The notes under the pieces were generated by a model. The model worked only from the letters and a program-made list of their open reading frames with translations, searched no databases and was not told the DNA's origin. From assembly GCA_965243395.1 (NCBI GenBank), contig CBDEUS010000002.1, positions 1,088,001 through 1,152,000 on the forward strand: a stretch of 64,000 nt of DNA, written 5' to 3'. Position numbers and translations under genes: made by a program. Shown here in pieces: positions 11,472 through 21,970 of this stretch. This DNA is from Gammaproteobacteria bacterium. Its GTDB lineage: Bacteria > Pseudomonadota > Gammaproteobacteria > UBA4575. The first letter of the stretch is position 1. Every line of letters starts with the position of its first letter.

Positions 11472-12119
11472 ATGGCCGAATACGAAACTGAAGAACAACA
11501 AGTCGAAGCCATAAAAGAATGGTGGAAACAAAATGGCATAGCAGTAATTAGCGGAGCTGTGCTGGGAATTGCAGCTTTGGTAGGTTGGCGTGGCTGGAGT
11601 TGGTATCAAGAAAAACAAGCCACAGAAGCATCTGATATTTTTACAGTAATGCAAGAAGCAATAAATAAAAACGATACTGCGGCATTACAAGTACAAGCTA
11701 AAAGTTTGCGTGATAATTATGCTTCGACGCCTTATGCATCTCTTGCGGTTTTACATGAAGCAAAAATACAAAATGAAAATGGTGATCACGCTGCTGCTGA
11801 AGAAAGTTTGCGATGGGTGTTGAATAACAGCAAGCAAGATTCAGTGCAAGACATTGCACGCTTACGATTAGCGCGCTTATTGTTAGCAAATGATAAAGTG
11901 GATGAAGCGCAAAGCATGGTTAATGTTGAAATGTCTGATGCCTATGCATCATTACTCAATGAAATTCGTGGAGATATTTTTGTTGCTAAGGGTGAACTTG
12001 AACAGGCAAGAAAAGCTTATGATCAAGCGATGCTCACAGCGGGCGGTAGCGGTGTAGAATTCTTAGAATTAAAACGTAATGATTTAGGTAGTTCGTTTGG
12101 AACTCAAAATGATACTTAA
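11472..12119 (+). CDS. yfgM: YfgM family TPR membrane-anchored chaperone
   Basis: YETEEQQVEAIKEWW, TM helix, ARLRLAR, GDI; hisS-bamB synteny. Confidence 0.9.
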   Translation: MAEYETEEQQVEAIKEWWKQNGIAVISGAVLGIAALVGWRGWSWYQEKQATEASDIFTVMQEAINKNDTAALQVQAKSLRDNYASTPYASLAVLHEAKIQNENGDHAAAEESLRWVLNNSKQDSVQDIARLRLARLLLANDKVDEAQSMVNVEMSDAYASLLNEIRGDIFVAKGELEQARKAYDQAMLTAGGSGVEFLELKRNDLGSSFGTQNDT

Positions 12120-13296
12120 CAACAGTATCAAATTTTTCTTTATTTTATTATTTGCAAGCTGTCTACAGCTTGCAGGGTGTAGTGTGCTAAAAAAACCGAA
12201 AGAATGGTTTGAGAAAGAAGAAAATCCAAGAGAGCCCACAAAACTTACCAAAATCGAAGCTGAAAAGATTCAAGTACAACAGGTATGGCGCAATTCGGTC
12301 GGAAGTTTAGAAGATTCCTATAATAAAATTCGTCCTTATATTACTGACGCACATATTTATCTATGTGATGCAGAAGGTCATGTAGAAGCATGGCAACGTG
12401 AGGATGGTAAACGTTTATGGTCTGTAAACCTTAAAGAAAATATTTCTGGCGGTGTAAATGGTGGTGAAGGAATTATTGCTATTGGAACTGAAAATGGAGA
12501 GGTTATTGCGCTGAGTGCTGATGATGGTGCGGAAAGCTGGCGCGCAAAAGTGCCAAGTGAAGTCATGTCTTTTTCTGAAGCTAAATATGGTGTTATCGCA
12601 GTACGAACTAACGATAGTAAAGTGCATGGGCTAGATTTGATTTCTGGAAATATTAATTGGAGTGCAGGTAGAGGTGCGCCTCCTTTGACATTGCGTGGTG
12701 CAAGTCAGCCAATAGTAATTGGTGATGTAGTTTTGGTAGGTTTTGATGATGGAAAATTGTCAGCTATTAATATTCGTGATGGGGAATTGCTGTGGGAAGT
12801 ATCGGTTTCAACGCCTAAAGGTCGTTCAGAGCTGGAGCGCATGTCTGATGTGGATGGAGAGTTAGCTTATCTTGATGGAATTGTATTCGCAGCAAGTTTT
12901 AATGGACGTGTTGTGGCGATAGATCTTGATACGGGTAAAACATTATGGAGTAAAGATCTCTCATCTTATGCTGGTTTAAGCGCGGATCGGGATCGCGTGT
13001 ATGTAACTGATGCGGATGATAGTATCTGGGGATTAGATATTTCCTCTGGAGCCACTTTGTGGCGCCAGGACAAACTTTTGTATAGAGAGCTGACCGCTCC
13101 GCAAGTAATGGGAAATTACATCGTCGTAGGAGATTACAAAGGCTATTTGCACTGGCTTTCAAAAGAAGAGGGCAAAATTATCGGACGTGATAATGTTGCA
13201 GGTGAAGCCATTGAGGTTGCGCCTATCATTATAAATGATCGTGCATATGTATTAGCAAATAATGGATCTCTTTCAGTATTGCAATATCGCAAATAA
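12097..13296 (+). CDS. bamB: Outer membrane assembly lipoprotein BamB
   Basis: Lipobox LAGC, PQQ-like propeller repeats, SELERMSDVD; start uncertain. Confidence 0.93.
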   Translation: MELKMILNNSIKFFFILLFASCLQLAGCSVLKKPKEWFEKEENPREPTKLTKIEAEKIQVQQVWRNSVGSLEDSYNKIRPYITDAHIYLCDAEGHVEAWQREDGKRLWSVNLKENISGGVNGGEGIIAIGTENGEVIALSADDGAESWRAKVPSEVMSFSEAKYGVIAVRTNDSKVHGLDLISGNINWSAGRGAPPLTLRGASQPIVIGDVVLVGFDDGKLSAINIRDGELLWEVSVSTPKGRSELERMSDVDGELAYLDGIVFAASFNGRVVAIDLDTGKTLWSKDLSSYAGLSADRDRVYVTDADDSIWGLDISSGATLWRQDKLLYRELTAPQVMGNYIVVGDYKGYLHWLSKEEGKIIGRDNVAGEAIEVAPIIINDRAYVLANNGSLSVLQYRK

Positions 13297-13345
13297 TTGC
13301 TAATTTTTCTTTTTCAAATATTGATTTACCAACGAGTGTATAGAT

Positions 13346-14755
13346 ATGAAACCTGTCATTGCACTGGTCGGTCGACCAAATGTTGGTAAGTCAACATTAT
13401 TTAATTATCTAACCAAGTCTAATACTGCATTAGTCGCAGATCAGCCAGGATTGACACGTGATCGCATTTACGGCGTCACTCGGCGTTTTGATGACCGCTA
13501 TATTGTGATTGACACAGGAGGGATAGCTCCTCCAGATGATTCCATAGACCAAAACAAAATAAATATTTCGATCAGTAACCAAGCGTGGTTAGCCATAGAG
13601 GAAGCCGATTTAGTTTGTTTTTTGGTAGACGGTATTGAGGGCCTAGTGCCTCAGGACCAAGAAGTATTTTCTAAATTAAGAAATGCTAATAAAAAAACGA
13701 TCATCTTAGTGAACAAAGCAGATGCAGGTATGCAGAGTTTACTTTCCAGTGACTTTTATTCTCTGGGTGCAGAGCATGTCTATGAAATCTCCGCAAAGTC
13801 TGGCAAAGGGGTTAGAAGTTTATTTGATGAATTAGATGAGCAATTCCCAGTCATAGAAGAAACTGAAGAAGAATCTGAAAAAGTAAAAGTCATTAAAGTG
13901 GCATTGGTTGGGCGTCCAAATGTTGGCAAATCAACTTTGGCGAATGCGCTTATCGGTGAAGAACGTTTTGTAACCTCCAACATTCCAGGAACAACCCGGG
14001 ACAGCATTTCGGCACGGATCGAAAAATTTGGTACTCAATTTGAGCTTATCGATACAGCCGGAGTACGCAGGCGCAGCAAAGTCCTAAATATGGTTGAAAA
14101 ATTCAGCGTGGTAAAAACGATACAAGCTATTGAAAATGCTCATGTAGTGATCCTTATGTTAGATGGCACGCAAGAATTTGCAGAACAAGATGCACGGTTG
14201 GCAGGCATGGTATTAGAAAGTGGTCGTGCAGTAGTTGTTGCAATTAATAAAATGGATGCTAGTTCAATTGAAGATCGTAAACAGATGCAAAAAGGCTTTG
14301 ATTTAAAATTACGTTTTCTTGAATATGCAGAAAAGTTATTCATCTCTGCCAAAAATAAAGAAGGAATTACAAAATTATTACGTGCGGCAGTGCGAGCCTA
14401 TAAATCTTCAAATATAGAAATTACAACCGCAGAAATTAACCGTATGTTGGAAAATGCCTTGGAAAGTTTTCAGCCGCCATTAGTGCGTGGACGGAGAATT
14501 AGACTTAAATATGCAGCTCAAGTAGGGAAAAATCCTCCCACAATTGCAATTCATGGCAATCAAATTGGAAGAATTCCTGGTTCTTATAAGCGTTATTTAG
14601 AAAACTATTTTCGTAAAACACTTAAGTTAGTCGGAACACCCATCTTATTAGTATTCAAACAACCCGATAATCCCTATGCAGGTAAACGCAATAAATTAAC
14701 GCCGAGACAACAACGTTCTAGAAAGAAAATGCTTAAGAAAGTGAAACGCAAATGA
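13346..14755 (+). CDS. der: Ribosome biogenesis GTPase Der (EngA)
   Basis: Two GRPNVGKST P-loops, DTGG/DTAG, NKxD. Confidence 0.98.
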   Translation: MKPVIALVGRPNVGKSTLFNYLTKSNTALVADQPGLTRDRIYGVTRRFDDRYIVIDTGGIAPPDDSIDQNKINISISNQAWLAIEEADLVCFLVDGIEGLVPQDQEVFSKLRNANKKTIILVNKADAGMQSLLSSDFYSLGAEHVYEISAKSGKGVRSLFDELDEQFPVIEETEEESEKVKVIKVALVGRPNVGKSTLANALIGEERFVTSNIPGTTRDSISARIEKFGTQFELIDTAGVRRRSKVLNMVEKFSVVKTIQAIENAHVVILMLDGTQEFAEQDARLAGMVLESGRAVVVAINKMDASSIEDRKQMQKGFDLKLRFLEYAEKLFISAKNKEGITKLLRAAVRAYKSSNIEITTAEINRMLENALESFQPPLVRGRRIRLKYAAQVGKNPPTIAIHGNQIGRIPGSYKRYLENYFRKTLKLVGTPILLVFKQPDNPYAGKRNKLTPRQQRSRKKMLKKVKRK

Positions 14756-14781
14756 TGCTAACGCTTAGAAAATAATTAGAT

Positions 14782-15159
14782 ATGTCTGAATATCAAGAAA
14801 TCGTATTTGAAAAACTAATAGTTTCACTGTTAATTTTATTTGTAATCGCGATTCTATATTTTATTTTTAATAAAAATCATTCAATAATTAATCGTTTTAT
14901 TACTACACTGCATTCAGTAATTGCTATTACAGGTGCAATGTATGCAATTGTGGTTTGTAAACTTACTGGACCAAATTCTTTTGAACCACACACAGTTATT
15001 TTTTCCAATATATTAGCGATTTCTGCAATATTTGGATTCGTTGCAATTTTTTTATTTAAAGGGAATAAATCAATTCACCTTTTGTTATTCCCATTTCTGG
15101 TTTGTTTGGCTTATGTTTGGCATGTGGGTGGTATGGCGATTACCCACACATTGCTGTAA
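14782..15159 (+). CDS. Hypothetical membrane protein (about 4 TM helices)
   Basis: 125-aa ORF with four hydrophobic stretches; fills gap after der. Confidence 0.6.
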   Translation: MSEYQEIVFEKLIVSLLILFVIAILYFIFNKNHSIINRFITTLHSVIAITGAMYAIVVCKLTGPNSFEPHTVIFSNILAISAIFGFVAIFLFKGNKSIHLLLFPFLVCLAYVWHVGGMAITHTLL

Positions 15160-15162
15160 GTG

Positions 15163-15867
15163 TTATAGACCGAACTTAGGCAAAATAATTTGCAAATACA
15201 AATCTGCAATTTTTTGATGCCCGTCATTATTTGGATGAAAACCATCCTTTTTGCTCACTAACATATCTCCAGGTGCAGCTTTGTAGAAATCTACAATAGG
15301 CACGTTGTATGCATTGGCCTGACGGGTAATGGCAGCATTAAATGCGGCGACTCTTTCTACTGTTACATCATTGTCAGGGTCTTCCCTAAAGCGTTTAATT
15401 TGAGTGAGCTCAGGTAAATTCATAATTACAATAAAAGCGAAGCTTTTATTGCGTATGCGTCTTAACATACTTTCTAAATATTCTTCAAATTCATTCACAT
15501 CATTTCCACCAATTAAGTCATTGGCACCCGTCCAAATCGTGATTAAATCAATGTCCTTATCACGTTTAAGTGCTGTTTTTGCAGATTTTTTAATGGCGGG
15601 GATGTCTGCGGTGGGAATGCCCAGGTTGAGTAAACTGACTCTTCTACCTCGATCTTCTAAACCGTCTTTTATTCGGTACACATAACCTCTTGTGATAGGG
15701 TTAGCACCTATTCCAAATGCATCACTTGCTCCTAAGGCAACATAATGTACAGGTGGAAGATTGTTTGCAGGACCTTCTTTTAAGTCATCATCATTTGATG
15801 AGGTTGCACAACTGCTTATTATGAAAATAACAAACAGACAAATAAATAAACGGATCATTTTTTTCAT
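15163..15867 (-). CDS. SGNH/GDSL hydrolase lipoprotein
   Basis: Lipobox-like ISSC; YVALGAS, GAND and DGFHPN blocks. Confidence 0.88.
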   Translation of the reverse strand: MKKMIRLFICLFVIFIISSCATSSNDDDLKEGPANNLPPVHYVALGASDAFGIGANPITRGYVYRIKDGLEDRGRRVSLLNLGIPTADIPAIKKSAKTALKRDKDIDLITIWTGANDLIGGNDVNEFEEYLESMLRRIRNKSFAFIVIMNLPELTQIKRFREDPDNDVTVERVAAFNAAITRQANAYNVPIVDFYKAAPGDMLVSKKDGFHPNNDGHQKIADLYLQIILPKFGL

Positions 15868-15943
15868 ATATAGCTGCCAACTGTTTTGGCAGTATTATAT
15901 AAAAAATGTGTATTTTGACGTAATCTTTTTGTAATGTTTTGGT

Positions 15944-16324
15944 TTATGCCTTGGATAACATTGATTTAGCATTGTGCATACGCTTATAAAGCGGCGCGCA
16001 TTCAGGAAGTATAGTATCAGTGAATTCTTGTTTGGATAAGTTGTTATCAGCTGCGTATTTTTTGACAAGTTTGATATACATATCGCAAATTGCGATTTCA
16101 TTTTCATAGTTTTTTTCTTTTCTAGATAACACTGCCACCTGCTCGAAGTATTTTGGGGCAGGCATGATTCCTGTGTCTACTGATTTCTGTATCTCTTCTC
16201 TACAGAACTCTACAACAGTATTTATATCTGTTGTATCTGCATCTAAATTTTTAGTGTTAGTATGTATATCTTTAAGAGGAATAACTTTTCTAATAATTGT
16301 ATTTAACCTGTTCTTCGCCATCAT
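15944..16324 (-). CDS. Hypothetical helical protein
   Basis: AAGGAAG RBS before MMAKNRLN; TPR-like segment YFEQVAVLSRKEKNYENEIAICD; track start 16420 probably too long. Confidence 0.6.
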   Translation of the reverse strand: MMAKNRLNTIIRKVIPLKDIHTNTKNLDADTTDINTVVEFCREEIQKSVDTGIMPAPKYFEQVAVLSRKEKNYENEIAICDMYIKLVKKYAADNNLSKQEFTDTILPECAPLYKRMHNAKSMLSKA

Positions 16325-16529
16325 GTCTTCCTTGTATGATGTCTCTATATTCATATAAAAAAGCTCAGTCGGACGTTCAGTCCCGATAAACGGACAATAA
16401 AATAATACGAAGTTCCACATACATCAATGTATTAAAACTACTGTTGTATTAATTAAGAAAAGAGAATTTTCTCAATAAAATTAACTATAAAATAGTAAAT
16501 AACAGAGTAAACAACCAAAATTGAATGAG

Positions 16530-16727
16530 TTAGTTGAGTTTGTTTACCAGCCGATAGGCTCCTATCAATATACCAATACCTACATATAGGCCTAAGAGCG
16601 AAATAAACAATAATAAGCCTAGCTCGAAAGGTATGAAGCGGGATTTAACAGCATAAAATAGTCCAAACACAAGACCGACGAATAGCCATACCGCTGCGAG
16701 CACATAAATTAGTTTTTTCTTATTCAA
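16530..16727 (-). CDS. Small hypothetical membrane protein (2 TM)
   Basis: 65 aa, basic N-terminus and two hydrophobic helices; TTG start. Confidence 0.55.
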   Translation of the reverse strand: MNKKKLIYVLAAVWLFVGLVFGLFYAVKSRFIPFELGLLLFISLLGLYVGIGILIGAYRLVNKLN

Positions 16728-16855
16728 AGTATGTTCTTTATTTTGAACCTTTTAACTAAAGACTTCATTTTACGAGATGAACCCAAACTTATGTGTAGAA
16801 TGGCACGTTTCAAAATCAAGTATTTGTAATACTTGTATTATGCCTTACTGATTAA

Positions 16856-18940
16856 TCAAGAAATAGCCTGAATCTTACGGTTTAAATAGTTTAACTCTGC
16901 TTTAAGTACATCTAGATTTTGTTTAGAGCACTTTTGGCTCGGATCATAGAGTAATGAATTAATCATATCGATTACAGGTGAATATTCAGCTTTAGAAAGG
17001 TTAATTTGTTTGCTGACATGCTCGATAAACTTTGCCGGGGTTTCTTCAAAATTGCGTTTGAATCCTTTTTTACAGAGTTTAGAGGCAAATTCTAGATAAA
17101 GCTTGATTACTGGATGTTGATGTTTAGCTCTATTAGTAAAAATAAGAGGAATAATCACTATTACAACGCTTAGCAATGCCCCAAGTAATAAGACAAATGC
17201 GATTTTGATTGTTGTTATATTTCCGAATAGTTTTTGAAGAAAGTCGGTTTGAAGCTCAGAATTGTAGCCAATAATAAATAAATTCCATCTATGTTCAATC
17301 GATTCTAAAAAAAACATTATTTTTTGCATACCTGGAACACCATTGAGCCGAGCATTTGTAAATGCAGATAGTGAACCTAAATCATTTTCTGATAATGCCG
17401 CACTTAAGCTTTCGTGAATTCTAGATGGCGCAACAGCAGCAGTAGGGTCAATGCGTTGCCAACCCTGGTTTGCGATCCAATATTCTACCCATGCATGTGC
17501 CAGGTATTGCCGAACTACAACATGGCCTGTAATAGGATTGATTTCTCCACCTTGATATCCGCCTACCATACGTGCGGGTATACCTACAGAGCGAAGCATA
17601 TATACCATTGCACCTGCGTAGTGAGTACAGAAACCTTGTCGGGTATTAAACCAAAATTGATCAATACTATTTTCACGCTCAAGTTGTGGCGGTTCTAATG
17701 TGTAGTGATAAGCTTCGTCTCGAATGTGTTTAAGTAAATTATCTATAAACGATTCATGGTCAGATGATTCTGCATATAAATTTTGAGCAAACTCAATAAT
17801 TTTTGGATTATCATTTTTATCAAATTGTGTAGTTTGAATTCGAATAAACTCAGGTAACCAAGTGTTTAATGTTGCATTTGGATATGAATCTACATCGTAT
17901 TGTAAGATGGAGTGTACAGGATGTTTGTTGATGAGCTTATAGTCCCATGTTAATCCCATAGATTGAGTTATGGGTATGGCAAGATCAATGCCTATAAGAT
18001 GTTGACTATTTGTTGGTTCAAACAAAATAGAATAAGAAAATTTAGAATTGCTATCACCCAGTTCATTTGGTATGAACCAAGCTTTATTTTTATTATTCGC
18101 CCAACTAATTTTGGGTATATTATTAAACTTGGGTGGGATAGTGGCTTCAGACCATTTGCCTTTATAAAAGTCTGTGTACACTCTACCTCGCCAATATAAT
18201 TTGCTTGTAGAAGGCGGCTCTTCTTTAAAAATTGCACGAAAGGCAATTTCATCTGAACGAGCAAGTTTCGTAATATCACCAGGGGTCATTTCAGATCCTA
18301 AGCCAGTGCGCGCTTGTTGACTTGGGCTTGAGATTGCCCAGATTGGTCCGATACGTGGAAAAAGAATAAATAGCACAACCATAAGGGGAATTGCTTGCGC
18401 TAATAATTTACTTGCAACTTTTAAAGACTCATAAGGTTTTACATGAGTATGAAGTTGATTCATACCTACCATAGATGCAGTCACAAGAATCAAAACGCAG
18501 AGCTCATAGGCAACTATTAACATACTATTATTGAAAATAAATTCTATTGCTATGACAAAGTAAGCAATAAAGATAACAACATATGCGTCACGTTGAGTCT
18601 TCATTTCCAGCAATTTGAGTGCAAATGCCATAATTAGTAATGCAGCCCAAGTTTCCAGGTTTTGTTGAATACCTTCAGTTATGATGATTCCTGCCGTACT
18701 TATTAATACTAAAACGGCTTTTTGCCAAAAAGATAAAAAGCTTTTACGGCCTAAGAAAATCATCCAGCGCCAGATCACACAAAATAAACCTGCAGCAATA
18801 ATCCAGAATGAAACTTGTTTTGCATGTGGGATAATTACCATTACAAATGTTGCAAGCAACATGATTAAGCTATTGCGCGGAATTTGTGTAACCACGCCAT
18901 GCTGCCATTTGCTTTCTTGTCGACTTCTAAATATCTTCAT
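16856..18940 (-). CDS. DUF3488 + transglutaminase-like membrane protein (TgpA-like)
   Basis: N-terminal TM helices, LYWRG, GFCTHYA, AHAWVE, IDPT (Cys-His-Asp triad). Confidence 0.9.
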   Translation of the reverse strand: MKIFRSRQESKWQHGVVTQIPRNSLIMLLATFVMVIIPHAKQVSFWIIAAGLFCVIWRWMIFLGRKSFLSFWQKAVLVLISTAGIIITEGIQQNLETWAALLIMAFALKLLEMKTQRDAYVVIFIAYFVIAIEFIFNNSMLIVAYELCVLILVTASMVGMNQLHTHVKPYESLKVASKLLAQAIPLMVVLFILFPRIGPIWAISSPSQQARTGLGSEMTPGDITKLARSDEIAFRAIFKEEPPSTSKLYWRGRVYTDFYKGKWSEATIPPKFNNIPKISWANNKNKAWFIPNELGDSNSKFSYSILFEPTNSQHLIGIDLAIPITQSMGLTWDYKLINKHPVHSILQYDVDSYPNATLNTWLPEFIRIQTTQFDKNDNPKIIEFAQNLYAESSDHESFIDNLLKHIRDEAYHYTLEPPQLERENSIDQFWFNTRQGFCTHYAGAMVYMLRSVGIPARMVGGYQGGEINPITGHVVVRQYLAHAWVEYWIANQGWQRIDPTAAVAPSRIHESLSAALSENDLGSLSAFTNARLNGVPGMQKIMFFLESIEHRWNLFIIGYNSELQTDFLQKLFGNITTIKIAFVLLLGALLSVVIVIIPLIFTNRAKHQHPVIKLYLEFASKLCKKGFKRNFEETPAKFIEHVSKQINLSKAEYSPVIDMINSLLYDPSQKCSKQNLDVLKAELNYLNRKIQAIS

Positions 18941-19925
18941 GAGGGAAACCGAAAAGTGCGAGTTCTTTTAGTATTTGATCTAAATGTGTTTTGCCTGTGT
19001 TTGGCGGGATTTCAACGTCTGGCAGTCTTAATCCATATTCTTTATTGTTTTTATATGCATTTAATGCCATGCCGGTTAATCGGCTTAAGCGTAGTTCTGT
19101 TTCTCCTTCCAGCTGAGACCAATCCAGTATTAAGCGGGAATCAACGTAGGCTGAAAATTGTTTGACTAGCAAGTTATCTTGACGAGCATAGCTGCGCCAA
19201 AGAATATGCCGAGGGGAATCTCCTGGATGATAGTTACGCATATCATGAAAATCGTCACTCCCACTTCGATGGCTTAAATGCCCCTCATCATTATTACTGA
19301 TATTCTCAAACTGAAATTCGCAAAAAATAGGTTTAGGATAGACAATAGCTTGAGCATTTAGGTCAATCCAAGTCCAGGCACGTAGTAAACCTAGTGGGTA
19401 ATAAGTTTCTACTAGAAGTCGTTTTGGTTTAAACCAACCTCGTTGTTTACTTTTAGTGAAACAATGTACGGTAGTAGAAGCATTATCATATAACTCTACC
19501 CACTGCTTTACATGATTTGGCCAACCAACTTGTATTCCTTCTCGATTTGAGTTTTCAGGACGCGTGACCTTAATTACAAATTCTATATCTTCATCAACAA
19601 AACCTGTTCCTGTTTTTTGTAACTCAAACGTAATTCCTGCTAAATTCTTATATGTATAAAAAATAGTAATAAAAAAAACACTTCCCAACCAGAAAGCTAG
19701 CCCAAATATCAGCGAATTTTCATAATTTATTGCCGCTAAGAGTAAGGCTAATAATAATACTGAAAATACAAACCCAATTTGTGTTGGAAAAATAAATATC
19801 GACTTTTGACTAAGTGTGATTTTTTGTTGAGGAGGAATACGTTGATTGAGCCAATTCTTAAATTGGTTTTTTAAGGACCGTTTCGGCCAAATTGAGTCGC
19901 TAGTAGAACGGCTAAGCGAGGACAT
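18927..19925 (-). CDS. DUF58 domain protein
   Basis: YPLGL, DFHDMRNYHPGDSPRHILWR; lies between MoxR and transglutaminase genes. Confidence 0.88.
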   Translation of the reverse strand: MSSLSRSTSDSIWPKRSLKNQFKNWLNQRIPPQQKITLSQKSIFIFPTQIGFVFSVLLLALLLAAINYENSLIFGLAFWLGSVFFITIFYTYKNLAGITFELQKTGTGFVDEDIEFVIKVTRPENSNREGIQVGWPNHVKQWVELYDNASTTVHCFTKSKQRGWFKPKRLLVETYYPLGLLRAWTWIDLNAQAIVYPKPIFCEFQFENISNNDEGHLSHRSGSDDFHDMRNYHPGDSPRHILWRSYARQDNLLVKQFSAYVDSRLILDWSQLEGETELRLSRLTGMALNAYKNNKEYGLRLPDVEIPPNTGKTHLDQILKELALFGFPHEDI

Positions 19926-20880
19926 CTACACCAGTAAGTAGTTTTTGTGCTAAGGAAATAGCTCCATGCCCACTAAAGTCAGCACTACCTCTTAAACGAT
20001 GTTCTACTACACTGGGTAGTACATTTTGAACATCTTCAGGAATTACATGATCCCGTTGATGGATGAGTGCCCATGCTTTTGCAGCACGTAATAGTGACAA
20101 TGCGCCACGAGGTGAAAGTCCAATCGCAAACTCATTTTGCTTGCGTGTGTAGTCTACTAAGCGTTGTACATAATCAAGCAATGTGTCTGCTATTTTTACT
20201 TGCTCCACTTCATTTTGAATTGCAATTAATTTTTCTGCACTTATCACAGCATTAAGTTTTCCTAATTGCTTGCGTCGATCGCCATCGAGTAATAGTTGAC
20301 GTTCTGCTTCTTTATTAGGATAACCAAGTTCTATTCGCATCAAAAACCGATCTATCTGTGATTCTGGCAATGGGTATGTGCCAGTTTGGGTGGCAGGGTT
20401 TTGTGTAGCAATTACAAAGAAGGGTTGCGGAAGTTGATGAGATTCACCTTCTATGGTGACTGTTTGCTCTTCCATAACTTCTAATAATGCGCTTTGACTT
20501 TTTGGAGTTGCGCGGTTTATTTCGTCTGCAAGTAATACTTGTGAAAATACTGGTCCCGGCATGAAGCGAAATTCAGAGGTGTTTTTGTCAAATATGGAAA
20601 CTCCAATTACATCACTAGGCAGTAGGTCACTGGTGAATTGAATGCGATTGTATTCAAGGCCCAAAATTTGTGCGAGCGTCTGGGATAGTAGGGTTTTCCC
20701 CATGCCTGGTAAATCTTCAATGAGTAAATGTCCTCTTGCAAATAAACATGTTAGCGCTAATCGAATTTGATCATCTTTCCCAAGCAGGACTTTTGAAACT
20801 GCCTCAATAATGGCATCAATTGTGTCTGCTTGAGAAATGTTAACTTGAGAGAATTTTCTAGCGTTAGATTCGGTAGCCAT
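19912..20880 (-). CDS. MoxR family AAA+ ATPase
   Basis: EDLPGMGKT, RIQFTSDLLPSD, DEINRA, ATQNP. Confidence 0.93.
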   Translation of the reverse strand: MATESNARKFSQVNISQADTIDAIIEAVSKVLLGKDDQIRLALTCLFARGHLLIEDLPGMGKTLLSQTLAQILGLEYNRIQFTSDLLPSDVIGVSIFDKNTSEFRFMPGPVFSQVLLADEINRATPKSQSALLEVMEEQTVTIEGESHQLPQPFFVIATQNPATQTGTYPLPESQIDRFLMRIELGYPNKEAERQLLLDGDRRKQLGKLNAVISAEKLIAIQNEVEQVKIADTLLDYVQRLVDYTRKQNEFAIGLSPRGALSLLRAAKAWALIHQRDHVIPEDVQNVLPSVVEHRLRGSADFSGHGAISLAQKLLTGVDVLA

Positions 20881-21066
20881 GTGTATTCATTCCTTTGTGA
20901 ATAACCATAACTGTAAATAGCTGCTAGGCCTAGGTCATTGGTCAGTCATATGTGTTCAAAAAAGGGGAATACATGTACATATATGATTATATAGGCCTAA
21001 TTCATGGTAATTCCAGCCAGCAGTTTCATAACTTTATTGATCAGACAAACAGAACAGTTCTCGTAT

Positions 21067-21954
21067 TCAGGGAATTTTCGCTTCTAAGTCTTCAACATTG
21101 ACTTTTGGATGTGCCTGCTTAAATTTTTGTAACTGGCGCGCAGCTTCCGCATAGTCTTTGCGTGCGATCAGTTTTTCGATCATTAACAGCCAGTCTTCAA
21201 CAGGTATAGGGGTGAATTCTTGTTTCGTGCTTTCCGTTGTATCTCTGTTTCTTTGAATCTCTGCACCGGAAATAACATCTGAGGTAGTATCAATATATTC
21301 CTCTGAATGAATTTGTTCACCTTCAACAGACTTTTGTTGCCTGATATCTTCAGTGGCTGGGCTAGATCGATTATCACTATCGAATTCTTCGATACTTGTA
21401 GCACCAGAAGGTTTAGATTTTTCCAGTGGCTGTTCTGATCTCAAAGGCTCACGAGAAAATTCTAGGCTTGTATCGGATTTTCTTTTTGCTTCTTGTTTTT
21501 TTGGTCCCTGTTTTTGATTTAGGGTACGTTCTTCCATCTGCGCATCCCCCAACGCATCCGGCTCTGATTCTTTAATATCTTTGTTATATGTTGATATGTC
21601 CTCGGATTTGGTTTCTTCTAATTTGTTTAACGGATTTGTTTGAGTTTTATCCGGTCTGCTTGTTGTTGATTCAGCTGGAGCAGAAATTTCAGGAATAGGG
21701 GGTAATTCTAATTGTTCAGGGCTTTGGTCGAGTTGCACTAATAAACCAAATACTACAACTACGCTCGCGGCCAATGATAAAGGAACTTTCCAGTCACCTG
21801 CAAAGTGACTGCTGCCCGAGTGTTTTTCTGCGTTCTTGGCATAGTTAATAATTTCATAGTTTAGCTTAGCTGGGGCAGTTTCTTTGGCACCTGCTTTGTA
21901 AAGCTCTGCTAAAACTTGATCATCTTGACTCTGATTGTTTTGTGTATCAGTCAT
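21067..21954 (-). CDS. Putative membrane-bound anti-sigma factor (SbrR-like)
   Basis: Directly downstream of ECF sigma; W..PLSLAASVV TM segment, acidic linker, C-terminal WL..I..L...A...L..F...HP helix. Confidence 0.7.
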   Translation of the reverse strand: MTDTQNNQSQDDQVLAELYKAGAKETAPAKLNYEIINYAKNAEKHSGSSHFAGDWKVPLSLAASVVVVFGLLVQLDQSPEQLELPPIPEISAPAESTTSRPDKTQTNPLNKLEETKSEDISTYNKDIKESEPDALGDAQMEERTLNQKQGPKKQEAKRKSDTSLEFSREPLRSEQPLEKSKPSGATSIEEFDSDNRSSPATEDIRQQKSVEGEQIHSEEYIDTTSDVISGAEIQRNRDTTESTKQEFTPIPVEDWLLMIEKLIARKDYAEAARQLQKFKQAHPKVNVEDLEAKIP

Positions 21955-21970
21955 AAATTAAATTTCTTGT

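Noticed and set aside
15874-15892. Hairpin CTGCCAA/TTGGCAG just upstream of the SGNH gene
   Set aside because: No U-tract on either strand and no known motif; function unsupported.
16856-20880. MoxR-DUF58-transglutaminase as a new system
   Set aside because: A widespread, already described gene triad.
20925-20999. TAGGCCTA repeated twice with weak internal complementarity upstream of moxR
   Set aside because: Short arms and poor pairing; not distinguishable from chance.
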